The notes beneath the pieces are model-generated. The model worked only from the letters and a program-made list of their open reading frames with translations, did not search any database and was not told the origin of the DNA. The position numbers and the translations under genes are program-made. Positions 54,450-64,000 of a stretch of 64,000 bases of DNA are shown here, piece by piece. Source of the stretch: Pseudomonadota bacterium (GTDB lineage: Bacteria > Pseudomonadota > Gammaproteobacteria > UBA4575); contig JBCDBX010000001.1 of assembly GCA_039182865.1 (NCBI GenBank), positions 2,239-66,238 on the forward strand, in the 5' to 3' direction. Position 1 is the stretch's first letter. Every line of letters starts with the position of its first letter.

Positions 54450-56732
54450 TTAAAAGCTTGTTCCAAAATCAAACTGGAATAGTTGAGTATCGTCATCGTC
54501 ACCTTCATTCAATGGTGCCGCAAGACTCGCTGTAATGCCGCCTAAGCCAGTTATTAAATTCAGCTCTAAGCCAACGCTACCTCTAAGTTCGCTAGTTTCA
54601 AAATCTTCATATTTTGCAAAAACGTTACCCCAATCTGTAAAAAACCCCATTCTAAAACGTGAGCCATCTAGGAGTGATGGTATAGGGAAGTAAACCTGAG
54701 CACTAGCCGTTGTTAAAAAATTTCCTCCAAAAGGATCATCATTAGAGTCTCTAGGACCTAAAGTATTATCCTGATATCCTCTTACTGATCCAGCTCCACC
54801 CGCTCTAAATTTCTCAAAAAACGGCAAATCGGTCGTATCTCCAAACTTATCGCCATATCCTAGTTCTGAACGAGCCGAAAAAGTAAATGTATCCGAGAGC
54901 GGATAAAGCCAGATATTTCTGAAATCAAACTTATAAAACTCTAAATCGCTCAAAGGCATTGTAAATTCAATACTCGCTCGCTGGAAATAACCTTCAGTTC
55001 CAAAAGTTCGCCGATTTCTAGAATCATGTAAATGCGTGCCAATTATATTGAAATCAGTAAAGTCATCTCCATTCTCCTCAATAAATTCTTCAATTTCATT
55101 AGAAAAGTCGTCTCCTCTAATTGAGGTTTTACGAAGATCTAATGCCGCACTAACTCGATCGACCTCTGTAAGCGGTATCCCATAGTTAGTTCGAATACTA
55201 AACTGTTCTGAGTCAAAGTCCGACACGTCCGCCTCTCCAGCATTAGTATTAATATAACTAAAGCCAAAACCGCGACTAACACCATCAATGGTATAGTAAG
55301 GATTTGTATAAGAAAGATCATATATAGTAGTCACCTTACTTGTGTTTATTTCAAATGCAACGGACTTTCCAGTTCCCAAAAAGTTTTCCTGATCAACACT
55401 TGTCGTTAGAACAATACCTTGTGCATCAGAAAAACCAGCACCTATAGAAAAGCTTCCCGCAAGCCTTTCAACAACTGAGATCCTGAGATCAACAAAATCC
55501 TCTTCCTCAGGCAGTCTTATCGTTTCTATGTCTACTTCATCAACAAAGGGTAGTCTCTGAATTCGAAAACGGGTTGCTGTGACACCCGATTCAGAATACC
55601 ATCCACCTTCCAACTGTCTTAACTCTCTTCTATAGACTTCATCAATACTATAAGTATTACCTACTATCTCTATTCTTCGCACATAGACGCGTTTACCTGG
55701 ATCAATAAAATACGTCAGACTGACTGTTTTCGACTCTTCATCCACCGTCGGAACAGGATTTACTCTTGCAAATGCGTATCCGTCATTGCCAAAACGATTT
55801 GATATACGCTCTGATGAGGCAACTACTCGACTCCGTGAAAATATTTCTCCACTATTAACTTCAATTAAATCCCGTATTTCTTGTTCTGGAATATCGAAGT
55901 TACCTGCAATCTTTATCTCCGATAACCTATACTGATCACCTTCATCAACATTAATAGTAATAAAAATATCTTTTTTATCAGGAGTTATTGATACCTGTGT
56001 AGAGTCAATAGCAAAATTTAAATACCCTGTATCTAAATATTCAGAACGTAATGTTTCCAAATCACCTGACAAACTTTGTTTTGAATACTGGTCAGCACTA
56101 GACCAAAATTTCCACCAAGGTTTATTGCCTGATTCAAAGTCTTTCTTGAGTCTCTTATCAGTATAGATAGTATTACCAACAATATTGATATTTTGTATTT
56201 TAGCAGGCTTGCCTTCAGCAATTTGAATCTCCACGTCCACACGATTGCGATCCATTTCAGTCAAGATCGTATTAATCTGTACATTATATTTTCCACGCGC
56301 AAAATATTGTTGAAGTAACTCATTTTCCAGCCGATCTAATACGGATCGATTTAAAACTCTACCAGGAGCAACCCCAATATCGGTTAGTGCCTCAATTAAC
56401 TGTTCATCAGGAATATCTTTATTACCAATAATATCTAGAGATGCGATGCCAGGACGTTCTTTTACGACGACGATAAGGGCATTATCTTCACGTCTTAATT
56501 GAACGTCACTAAAAAGCTCAGTCTTGTATAATTCACGAATAATTGATGCCGAATCAGATGGACTAAACTCATCACCTACTTTAACTGTTATGTATGTAAA
56601 GACAGTACCTGGCTCAATTCGATCCAAGCCTTCAATTATTATATCGTCAATTTTAAATTCGTCCGCACTTGCAGATGTTGCAATCAAACTAAAAGTAATA
56701 ATGAATAGTAAATTTATTATTTTTATTATCAC
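54450..56732 (-). CDS. bamA: Outer membrane protein assembly factor BamA
   Basis: 760 aa, POTRA repeats plus a C-terminal beta-barrel ending in F. Confidence 0.95.
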   Translation of the reverse strand: MIIKIINLLFIITFSLIATSASADEFKIDDIIIEGLDRIEPGTVFTYITVKVGDEFSPSDSASIIRELYKTELFSDVQLRREDNALIVVVKERPGIASLDIIGNKDIPDEQLIEALTDIGVAPGRVLNRSVLDRLENELLQQYFARGKYNVQINTILTEMDRNRVDVEIQIAEGKPAKIQNINIVGNTIYTDKRLKKDFESGNKPWWKFWSSADQYSKQSLSGDLETLRSEYLDTGYLNFAIDSTQVSITPDKKDIFITINVDEGDQYRLSEIKIAGNFDIPEQEIRDLIEVNSGEIFSRSRVVASSERISNRFGNDGYAFARVNPVPTVDEESKTVSLTYFIDPGKRVYVRRIEIVGNTYSIDEVYRRELRQLEGGWYSESGVTATRFRIQRLPFVDEVDIETIRLPEEEDFVDLRISVVERLAGSFSIGAGFSDAQGIVLTTSVDQENFLGTGKSVAFEINTSKVTTIYDLSYTNPYYTIDGVSRGFGFSYINTNAGEADVSDFDSEQFSIRTNYGIPLTEVDRVSAALDLRKTSIRGDDFSNEIEEFIEENGDDFTDFNIIGTHLHDSRNRRTFGTEGYFQRASIEFTMPLSDLEFYKFDFRNIWLYPLSDTFTFSARSELGYGDKFGDTTDLPFFEKFRAGGAGSVRGYQDNTLGPRDSNDDPFGGNFLTTASAQVYFPIPSLLDGSRFRMGFFTDWGNVFAKYEDFETSELRGSVGLELNLITGLGGITASLAAPLNEGDDDDTQLFQFDFGTSF

Positions 56733-56753
56733 GAGACCTAAAAAGTTGGTGAA

Positions 56754-58118
56754 CTAGCTAAACAAGCGCTGAAAGTCGTTAAAAAACGCTAACGTCATTA
56801 AACCAGCCAACATAAATATACCTATCTTTTGTCCTGCAAGCTGAGTAGCTTCGGACACGGGACTTCCTTTTATCATCTCAATAATGTAGTACATTAAATG
56901 CCCACCATCGAGAATAGGAACTGGTAATAAATTAAGTATACCAATACTGATACTTATAATCGCTAAAGTGCTTAAAAAAGTCGCTAGTCCCAATTGTGCA
57001 GATATTCCAGCATACTCTGCAATAGTTATTGGACCACTAATGTTTTTTAGCGAAGCATCACCTACAATAAGTCTACCAAGTAGCTTGACAGTTAAGATGC
57101 TCATCTCATATGTCTTGACTGCACCTGCAGTTAAAGCAGGCCATAATCCCATAGTAACCGTGACCTGATATTTATCGACTTCGTCTTGATCAATCCATGG
57201 ATACACACCTATTCTTCCAATCGTACTTCCATTCAATTCAGCGACTTCAGGGACTAATTGAAGATTTAATCTTTCCGAACCTCGCAATACTGTAACGTTT
57301 ATAAGTTCATTAGGGTGGGCCTGAACTAATTCTACCCAACTTCTCCAGTCATTAATTAACTGATCATCAGCGAATAAGATTTCATCTCCTTCAAGGAAGC
57401 CTTGTTCTTTTGCAGCGCTATTGCCCACAAACTTCCCTAATTTTGCAGGAGGATTATAACGCCAAGGAGTAATACCGACTTTCTCTAGAGGACTACCTTC
57501 ATCTAACAAAGATTTAGTATCAGAAAGGTCAAGTATGGTATCTTTAACATTGCCCTGCTGGTCTTTAACTTTTAATCCAACTTCCCCTGTCTTTAATCCT
57601 TCATCAATAAGACGAATGCTCGCATCCTCCCAAGTATTAACCTGAGTATCATTTATTTGAAGAATAACATCACCATCAGACAATCCAGCTTGATATGCAA
57701 TGCTGTCATTATCAACTTTACCAATTTGAGGAACAATGCCTTGCACTCCTACAAAATACATCATTGCATAAGCAATAATGGCAAATATAAAATTAAACAT
57801 TGGACCGGCTGCTACTACAGCAAATCTGGTAGAGACAGGTTTTCGATTAAATGCACACTCAATTTCCTCAGGTGCAACTTCACCTTCACGCTCATCAAGC
57901 ATTTTCACATAACCACCCAAAGGAATGGCAGCTAAGACATACTCAATCCTACTTTTAGCAGACACATGTTTTATAAGAGGCTTACCAAAACCTACAGAGA
58001 AACGCAATACACGCACACCTAATGAACGCGCGACAATAAAATGACCAAATTCATGAACAGTTACTATTATGCCAACAGCAACGATGAAAGAGATAAGACT
58101 AATTAAAAACGTTTCCAT
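56754..58118 (-). CDS. rseP: RIP zinc metalloprotease RseP
   Basis: HEFGHF HExxH motif in TM1, PDZ domain, C-terminal LDGG motif. Confidence 0.9.
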   Translation of the reverse strand: METFLISLISFIVAVGIIVTVHEFGHFIVARSLGVRVLRFSVGFGKPLIKHVSAKSRIEYVLAAIPLGGYVKMLDEREGEVAPEEIECAFNRKPVSTRFAVVAAGPMFNFIFAIIAYAMMYFVGVQGIVPQIGKVDNDSIAYQAGLSDGDVILQINDTQVNTWEDASIRLIDEGLKTGEVGLKVKDQQGNVKDTILDLSDTKSLLDEGSPLEKVGITPWRYNPPAKLGKFVGNSAAKEQGFLEGDEILFADDQLINDWRSWVELVQAHPNELINVTVLRGSERLNLQLVPEVAELNGSTIGRIGVYPWIDQDEVDKYQVTVTMGLWPALTAGAVKTYEMSILTVKLLGRLIVGDASLKNISGPITIAEYAGISAQLGLATFLSTLAIISISIGILNLLPVPILDGGHLMYYIIEMIKGSPVSEATQLAGQKIGIFMLAGLMTLAFFNDFQRLFS

Positions 58119-58124
58119 ATTTAA

Positions 58125-59330
58125 TTAATGCGTCAAAGCCGAAATTTTCATTCTAGTTAATTCACGAGCTTGCTGATCAACAGCCAGAATCGTTTCGATA
58201 CTGTCAATGCTAACTGGTTCCATTGAATCTACAACATCAGAAACTATATGATGAATATCGGTGAATTTGATTTGTTGAGCTAAAAACTCCTGTACGGCAA
58301 CTTCATTTGCAGCATTCATAACCGCTGGCATTGACCGTCCTATCTGTAGCACTCTCATCGCAAGCTGTAAACATGGAAAACGTTGCAAATCAGGAGGGTA
58401 AAATTCCAAATTAGTACATTGCGTAATGTCTAACACTTCAACACCTGATTCAATTCTTTCTGGCCATGCTATTGCGTGTGCAATCGGGACTCGCATATCT
58501 GGAAAACCCATGTGTGCAACAACAGACCCATCTTTATATGAAACCATTGCATGAACAATAGATTGAGGGTGAATAACCACATTAACTTTCGAGATATTCA
58601 AATCAAATAACAGACAAGCTTCAATTAATTCTAATCCTTTATTCATCATTGTAGCGGAATCAATAGAAATTTTTCGACCCATATTCCAATTAGGGTGGGC
58701 ACAAGCTTGGATTGGCGTGACGGTTTTAAGGTCTTCTATCGGTGTATTTAAAAAAGGGCCACCCGAAGCCGTAAGCGTTACTTGATTAACACCACTTTTT
58801 GTATACTCATCTGGATTATTTGCCATACACTGAAAAACTGCATTATGTTCACTATCAATAGGTAATAAAGTTGCATTATTCTCATGCGCAACTCGAATCA
58901 ACAAATCACCAGACATCACCAATGCCTCTTTATTAGCAAGCAAAATGACTTTACCTGATCTTGCTGCCTGCAATGTGGAAGATAAGCCTGCAGCCCCAAC
59001 AATCGCTGCCATCACGCAGTCCACTTCCTTTAGTGATGCAATTTTTTCCAAGCCATGGTCACCGATTAATATATGCGGCGAATAATCTAGTTGATTGACA
59101 GATGATAAAAATTTTTCTGCAGCGTCCGAGTCAGTGATAGCAACATAAGACGGTTTAAATCGTTTTGTTTGATCAAGTAGCACATCAACAGATTTACATG
59201 CGCCCAATGCAACTACGCTAAACAAATCAGCATTTCTGGCAACCACATCCAAGGTATTTCGACCTACACTTCCAGTTGAACCAAGAATTGCTATATTTTT
59301 CTGTTTAGTATGCATATTTAATTGAGCCAA
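58125..59330 (-). CDS. dxr: 1-deoxy-D-xylulose 5-phosphate reductoisomerase
   Basis: ILGSTGSVG N-terminus, 401 aa. Confidence 0.95.
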   Translation of the reverse strand: MAQLNMHTKQKNIAILGSTGSVGRNTLDVVARNADLFSVVALGACKSVDVLLDQTKRFKPSYVAITDSDAAEKFLSSVNQLDYSPHILIGDHGLEKIASLKEVDCVMAAIVGAAGLSSTLQAARSGKVILLANKEALVMSGDLLIRVAHENNATLLPIDSEHNAVFQCMANNPDEYTKSGVNQVTLTASGGPFLNTPIEDLKTVTPIQACAHPNWNMGRKISIDSATMMNKGLELIEACLLFDLNISKVNVVIHPQSIVHAMVSYKDGSVVAHMGFPDMRVPIAHAIAWPERIESGVEVLDITQCTNLEFYPPDLQRFPCLQLAMRVLQIGRSMPAVMNAANEVAVQEFLAQQIKFTDIHHIVSDVVDSMEPVSIDSIETILAVDQQARELTRMKISALTH

Positions 59331-60136
59331 TACATACCAAGCGCAAACCCTGGCGCTGCCGCTATAATACTATCTACTCGATCAAGCACTCCTCCATGTC
59401 CAGGTATTAATGATCCACTATCCTTCGCACCAGCATTACGTTTTAACAGACTTTCAAATAAGTCACCCACCACAGAAATTAATGCGGTTAACACTGACAA
59501 AAATACAAAGTAAAGTGCCTGCATGAATGTAAGCTCAAACCACCAGGCTCCAACTAATGCTAAACATATTGTTCCAATTACTGCGCCTAATAAACCTTCT
59601 CGTGTTTTACCGGGACTTAATTGTTCGGCAAGTTTGCTTTTACCAAATCTTTTCCCAACAAAATAAGCTGCGGTATCTGCCATCCATGCAATTAAAAATA
59701 AAAATAATAGCAAAGCAGGCTTTTGTTGGTTCAATTTCACCATAGCTAACCAAGCAATGACAATAACAAAGTAGCCACTGTAATTTAAAAAACTTTGTAA
59801 CATATAATTGCCCAACCAATTAGGCTGGTAGAAAGCTAACATTAATAGCACCAACACCCAGAAAGCACTACCCATCAACATTAAAAAACGCACATGTTCT
59901 TCTGGCAATAAATTACCTGCCGCGAGAATTAATAAAACACAAATCAATACATAGATAAATTTAGTGATTAGCTTATCATCGACCAAAGACGCCCATTCCC
60001 ATGCCGCGGCACAAGCCACAAGTGCAATAAATATCGCAATCCAAAAACTTGGTAAATATAGCAAGGCAAGCACTACACTTGGCGCCATAATCAGACTCGC
60101 TATGACCCTTAACTTAAGCACTAGCTTTTCCATCAA
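59318..60136 (-). CDS. cdsA: Phosphatidate cytidylyltransferase
   Basis: 272 aa, multi-TM, C-terminal CdsA signature (SLLKRNAGAKDSGSLIPGHGGVLDRVDS). Confidence 0.9.
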   Translation of the reverse strand: MMEKLVLKLRVIASLIMAPSVVLALLYLPSFWIAIFIALVACAAAWEWASLVDDKLITKFIYVLICVLLILAAGNLLPEEHVRFLMLMGSAFWVLVLLMLAFYQPNWLGNYMLQSFLNYSGYFVIVIAWLAMVKLNQQKPALLLFLFLIAWMADTAAYFVGKRFGKSKLAEQLSPGKTREGLLGAVIGTICLALVGAWWFELTFMQALYFVFLSVLTALISVVGDLFESLLKRNAGAKDSGSLIPGHGGVLDRVDSIIAAAPGFALGMYWLN

Positions 60137-60854
60137 CCTGATCTTGCGTCAGACCAAACTTACGTTTGCGTTGACTATAACTGCTTAATGCCATGAGTAA
60201 TTGCTTCTCATCGAAGTCTGGCCATAAAGTGTCGGTGAAATATAGTTCGGTATAAGCAAGCTGCCATAGCAAAAAATTACTGATGCGCTCTTCACCTGCA
60301 GTGCGAATGAACAAGTCGGGCTCAGGTAATGGGTAGGTGCTGATAGCTTGCGAAAATACTTCTTCATTAATGTCTTGTATTGAGATGTTGTTATTTTGTA
60401 CGTTTCTACATATTTCTCTACATGCCTTAACAATATCCCAGCGACCACCATAGTTAGCAGCAATGTTTAAGACAAAATCAGAATTATTTTGCGTAAGCGC
60501 TATAGATTCTTTTATTTTAGCGACTAGCTTTTTATCAAACTGGTCTTGATCACCAATAAAATTTAGCTTTACACCATTCTTATTGAGTGTTTGGATTTCA
60601 TTTTCCAATGATGAGACAAAGATATTCATTAGTGCCGATACTTCAGCTTTAGGACGATTCCAGTTTTCGCTGCTAAACGCGAAAAGTGTCAGTATTTTTA
60701 CGCCTGATTTACCCGAAGCTTCGATAATATTTTTTGCGGCTTTGACACCTTCACGATGTCCTGCGGCCCTAGGCAGAAATCTTTTGTTCGCCCAACGACC
60801 ATTTCCATCCATTACGATTGCAATGTGTTTAGGTATTTGATCCTTTTTTGACAT
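60114..60854 (-). CDS. uppS: Undecaprenyl diphosphate synthase
   Basis: HIAIVMDGNGRWA motif. Confidence 0.95.
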   Translation of the reverse strand: MSKKDQIPKHIAIVMDGNGRWANKRFLPRAAGHREGVKAAKNIIEASGKSGVKILTLFAFSSENWNRPKAEVSALMNIFVSSLENEIQTLNKNGVKLNFIGDQDQFDKKLVAKIKESIALTQNNSDFVLNIAANYGGRWDIVKACREICRNVQNNNISIQDINEEVFSQAISTYPLPEPDLFIRTAGEERISNFLLWQLAYTELYFTDTLWPDFDEKQLLMALSSYSQRKRKFGLTQDQVDGKASA

Positions 60855-60875
60855 AAGCGAAGAATTATAAAAATA

Positions 60876-61439
60876 CTAGATTTCCATTAATTCTTTTTCT
60901 TTATCTGCTAGCATCTCGTCGATTATCTTGATGTGCTTATCCGTCAACTTCTGAACAAAATCTAATGCAGCATGCTCATCATCTTCCGAGATTTCTTTTT
61001 CTTTAACTAATTCTTTGAAGTCTGCATTAGCATCTCTTCGGATGTTACGAACTGCAACACGCCCTTGTTCTGCCTCCTGACGCACTAGTTTGACAAAATC
61101 TTTACGACGTTCTTCTGTTAACGCTGGCAGAGGTACTCGAATGACCTCGCCAGAAGTAACAGGATTCAAGCCCATATCGGAACTCATAATTGCTTTTTCG
61201 ATAGCAGGAACTAGAGATTTTTCCCAAGGCGAAACACTTAAAGTACGAGCATCTTCCACGGACACAGTAGCAGCTTGAGCAATGGGTACTTCAGAGCCAT
61301 AGTATTCCACCATCACATGATCGAGAAGGCTTACATTAGCCCGTCCAGTTCGGATCTTTGTTAACTCATTCTTTAATGAATCAATACTCTTACCCATCCT
61401 AATTTCAGCATCTTTTTTAATATCTTCTATCATATTCAA
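60876..61439 (-). CDS. frr: Ribosome recycling factor
   Basis: 187 aa, canonical RRF. Confidence 0.95.
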   Translation of the reverse strand: MNMIEDIKKDAEIRMGKSIDSLKNELTKIRTGRANVSLLDHVMVEYYGSEVPIAQAATVSVEDARTLSVSPWEKSLVPAIEKAIMSSDMGLNPVTSGEVIRVPLPALTEERRKDFVKLVRQEAEQGRVAVRNIRRDANADFKELVKEKEISEDDEHAALDFVQKLTDKHIKIIDEMLADKEKELMEI

Positions 61440-62155
61440 TCACTCACAACAGCGGTTCCGACATCTTCTCCCAGCGCAATACGCTTGAGATCACCCGGAT
61501 TAAACATATTAAATACGCGCAACGGTATTTTATTATCTCTACACATTACAATTGCAGTAGCATCCATTACACCCAATTTATCCTGCAAAACTTGATCATA
61601 AGTCAGTTGCTGATAACGTTTTGCATTCGGATCTTTTTTAGGATCCATATCATAAACACCATCTACCTTGGTAGCTTTCAGCATTAAATCAGCATTAATC
61701 TCTGTAGCACGCAAACTTGCGGCAGAGTCAGTCGTAAAATATGGGTTACCCGTTCCTGCAGCAAATACCACGACGCGACTTTTCTCCAGATGTCTAACAG
61801 CACGTCGTCGAATATAATCTTCACATACTTGATTTATTTTGATGGCTGACATCACACGACAATATTTACCTTCACGCTCAATGGCATCTTGTAATGCCAA
61901 ACAATTTATAACGGTTGCCAACATGCCCATTTGATCGGCAGTGACTCGATCGACACCACCTTGCGCTAGCCCAGCACCACGAAAAATGTTGCCAGCACCA
62001 ATCACAACTGCGACTTCAACTTTTAATTCAATCAACTCAATTATTTCTTTAGCAACGCGCGATATGACAGCAGGATCTATTCCGTAATCATACTCTCCCA
62101 TTAAAGCTTCACCACTTAATTTAAGCAGGATACGTTTATATTTAATGTCTTGCAT
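61436..62155 (-). CDS. pyrH: UMP kinase
   Basis: [13 protein letters not shown]-terminus. Confidence 0.95.
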   Translation of the reverse strand: MQDIKYKRILLKLSGEALMGEYDYGIDPAVISRVAKEIIELIELKVEVAVVIGAGNIFRGAGLAQGGVDRVTADQMGMLATVINCLALQDAIEREGKYCRVMSAIKINQVCEDYIRRRAVRHLEKSRVVVFAAGTGNPYFTTDSAASLRATEINADLMLKATKVDGVYDMDPKKDPNAKRYQQLTYDQVLQDKLGVMDATAIVMCRDNKIPLRVFNMFNPGDLKRIALGEDVGTAVVSD

Positions 62156-62161
62156 AATATT

Positions 62162-62190
62162 GATAGAGTTAAATGAAAAACGGGGGCTAA
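62162..62190 (-). terminator. Rho-independent terminator after tsf, on the minus strand
   Basis: GC-rich 7-bp stem ACGGGGG/CCCCCGT with a 5-nt loop. On the transcribed strand it is followed by TTTTTCATTT. Confidence 0.65.
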
Positions 62191-62211
62191 GCCCCCGTAA
62201 TTGTTAAAATC

Positions 62212-63102
62212 CTAACTTTGGCTTACTTGTGCCATCACTTCTTCGGCAAAGTTCTCAGATTTCTTTTCAATCCCTTCACCTACTTCGTATCTTAAGAACG
62301 AAAGCACAGTTGCTGAATGTTCTTTCAATAACTTCTCAACACTCTTGTCAGGATCTTTAACAAAAGGCTGTCCCAGCAAAGTAACATCTCCAAGGAATTT
62401 CTTAAGCTTGCCTTGCACCATCTTTTCGATGATATCTGCAGGCTTTCCACTATCTTGTGCTTGTGCAATAAAAATCTCTTTCTCTTTCTCGAGCATTTCT
62501 GCAGGAACACTGTTTTCGTCGACACAAACGGGGCGACTCGCGGCAACATGCATCGCAATATCTTTACTGAGGTCATCGCTACCGTTTTCTAACTCAACTA
62601 AAACACCAATGCGGCTACCATGCATGTATTTACCTAAAGCACCGTTATCAGATGAAACTCGTGTAAATCTACGCACCTGTATGTTTTCGCCAATTTTACT
62701 CACCAGAGCTAAACGTGTAGCTTCAACCGTCTCCGAATCAGTTAATGCACGATTCATTAATGCTTCTACATCTGCTGGAGACTCATTCAGTACAACATTT
62801 GCAACATCGTTACTAAACTTTAGAAAGTTTTCATCTTTAGCAACAAAGTCAGTTTCACAATTGACTTCAAGTATGACACCTTGCTTACTATCGTCACTCA
62901 TTAAGATAACTATTGTGCCCTCAGCTGCAACACGAGACGCTTTTTTATCTGCTTTTGCTTGACCAGACTTACGCATCAACTCAATTGCAGCATCCATATC
63001 ACCACTGCATTCGCTTAATGCTTTTTTGCATTCCATCATGCCGGCGCCTGTTCTCTCGCGCAGCTCCTTAACCATTGACGCTGTTATTTGCATTTCAATC
63101 AC
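62212..63102 (-). CDS. tsf: Elongation factor Ts
   Basis: [24 protein letters not shown] matches the EF-Ts N-terminus. Confidence 0.95.
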   Translation of the reverse strand: MIEMQITASMVKELRERTGAGMMECKKALSECSGDMDAAIELMRKSGQAKADKKASRVAAEGTIVILMSDDSKQGVILEVNCETDFVAKDENFLKFSNDVANVVLNESPADVEALMNRALTDSETVEATRLALVSKIGENIQVRRFTRVSSDNGALGKYMHGSRIGVLVELENGSDDLSKDIAMHVAASRPVCVDENSVPAEMLEKEKEIFIAQAQDSGKPADIIEKMVQGKLKKFLGDVTLLGQPFVKDPDKSVEKLLKEHSATVLSFLRYEVGEGIEKKSENFAEEVMAQVSQS

Positions 63103-63121
63103 CTATAAAAAATTTGAAAAT

Positions 63122-64000
63122 CTATTCTTCGGCGGTTCCAGTATCACCAGCTGATGTATCTTCTTTAGGAGCGCTTTCTTCAGCTGCTTCGGTGGCATCT
63201 TCAGAGGCAGCCACTGCTTCAGCCTTAGGTTTGGCACGTGAACCCGCTTTCTTCTTAACAACTGCTTTCTTTTTAGCAGCTTTCTTTTTAGGTGCTTTAG
63301 CTGCAGGCGCCTCATTGACTTCAACGAACTCATCTTCATCACCCGTTAGTGTTGTTGCACTTGCTTTAGCTTCAATAATCGCATCTGCAACATTGGAAGC
63401 ATATAACTGGATTGAGCGAATCGCGTCATCATTCCCGGGGATAACATAATCAACACCATGTAGTGGATTGTTTGTGTCCACGACAGCAACGACTGGGATT
63501 CCTAACTTTACTGCCTCTTTGACCGCGATTTCTTCATAACCGACATCAACAACAAATAAAACATCCGGCAAAATGTTCATTTCTTTAATACCACCCAAAC
63601 TACGATGTAATTTTTCAAGTTCGCGTCTAAGTTGAAGAATTTCTCTCTTACCTAAACGCTCAGTGCCATTACCATCTAGCATTTGTTCAAGGTCATTAAG
63701 TCGTTTGATCGATTGTTTGACTGTGTGGAAGTTCGTCAACATGCCGCCCAACCAACGATTATTCACATAGGGCATACCACAGCGTTCTGCTTCACTTTTG
63801 ATTGTGTCGCGTGCCGAACGTTTCGTGCCGACAAATAATACTTTGCCGCCATTGGCTGCCAACTTTCCGAGATAATTAAGTGCATCGCCAAACATAGGTA
63901 ATGACTTTTCAAGATTGATAATATGGATCTTATTGCGCTCCCCAAAAATATAGGGGGCCATTTTTGGATTCCAATAACGGGTTTGATGCCCAAAGTGCAC
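63122..64000 (-). CDS. rpsB: 30S ribosomal protein S2, with its N-terminus beyond the window edge; carries a low-complexity KA-rich/acidic C-terminal extension
   Basis: [13 protein letters not shown]...IINLEKS matches the S2 N-terminal region, about 15 aa after the expected start. About 55 extra C-terminal residues read [20 protein letters not shown]...EE. Confidence 0.9.
   Translation of the reverse strand: MHFGHQTRYWNPKMAPYIFGERNKIHIINLEKSLPMFGDALNYLGKLAANGGKVLFVGTKRSARDTIKSEAERCGMPYVNNRWLGGMLTNFHTVKQSIKRLNDLEQMLDGNGTERLGKREILQLRRELEKLHRSLGGIKEMNILPDVLFVVDVGYEEIAVKEAVKLGIPVVAVVDTNNPLHGVDYVIPGNDDAIRSIQLYASNVADAIIEAKASATTLTGDEDEFVEVNEAPAAKAPKKKAAKKKAVVKKKAGSRAKPKAEAVAASEDATEAAEESAPKEDTSAGDTGTAEE

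Noticed and set aside
62345-62962. 205-aa ORF on the plus strand, antisense to tsf
   Set aside because: Low-complexity S/A/T-rich translation, which is the typical reverse frame of a real gene. tsf on the opposite strand is unambiguous.

Overview
This is an AT-rich gammaproteobacterial chromosome segment. Gene content and order look Legionellales/Coxiellaceae-like, but that is an inference from synteny and composition and I could not run a search. Most of the window is conserved housekeeping in blocks familiar from E. coli/Pseudomonas. Those blocks are psd; efp with epmA/epmB; htpX; parC-parE; dsbC-xerD; lptGF divergent from pepA-holC-valS; tsaB-yoaA; ispF-ispD-ftsB-eno-kdsA-pyrG; and tilS-accA-dnaE-rnhB ... 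lpxB/lpxA-fabZ-lpxD-skp-bamA-rseP-dxr-cdsA-uppS-frr-pyrH-tsf-rpsB. Several accessory insertions sit between these blocks.

Insertion 1 (1-5.1 kb) is a cluster of secreted proteins: an ArsM-like methyltransferase, a DUF3047-like protein, a PEP-CTERM/VPLPA-CTERM-type sorted protein, an orphan LapG-like BTLCP cysteine protease and a lipoprotein alpha/beta-hydrolase fused into an operon with epmA.

Insertion 2 (7.96-11.8 kb) is a two-gene module: a 581-aa protein with a non-canonical C-terminal PilZ domain, followed by a 691-aa FimX-like REC*-PAS-GGDEF*-EAL* protein whose catalytic motifs are all degenerate. I read this as a likely c-di-GMP receptor/adaptor pair of unknown output, and it is my top candidate for an undescribed system.

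Insertion 3 (17.0-20.3 kb) is an orphan AddA/RecB-like helicase-nuclease.

Insertion 4 (26.9-27.5 kb) is a Tat-exported intradiol-dioxygenase-like protein that splits holC from valS.

Insertion 5 (30.4-33.6 kb) holds a LysE exporter, a secreted animal-type heme peroxidase that looks eukaryote-like, and a VOC protein, plus a tiny hydrophobic ORF convergent on valS.

Insertion 6 (48.5-50.5 kb) is a gnnA/gnnB pair next to an inverted lpxB, which predicts a GlcN3N-based lipid A.

I found no tRNA, rRNA, CRISPR, IS or transposase. All domain calls come from motif reading of the translated ORFs. No database search was possible.
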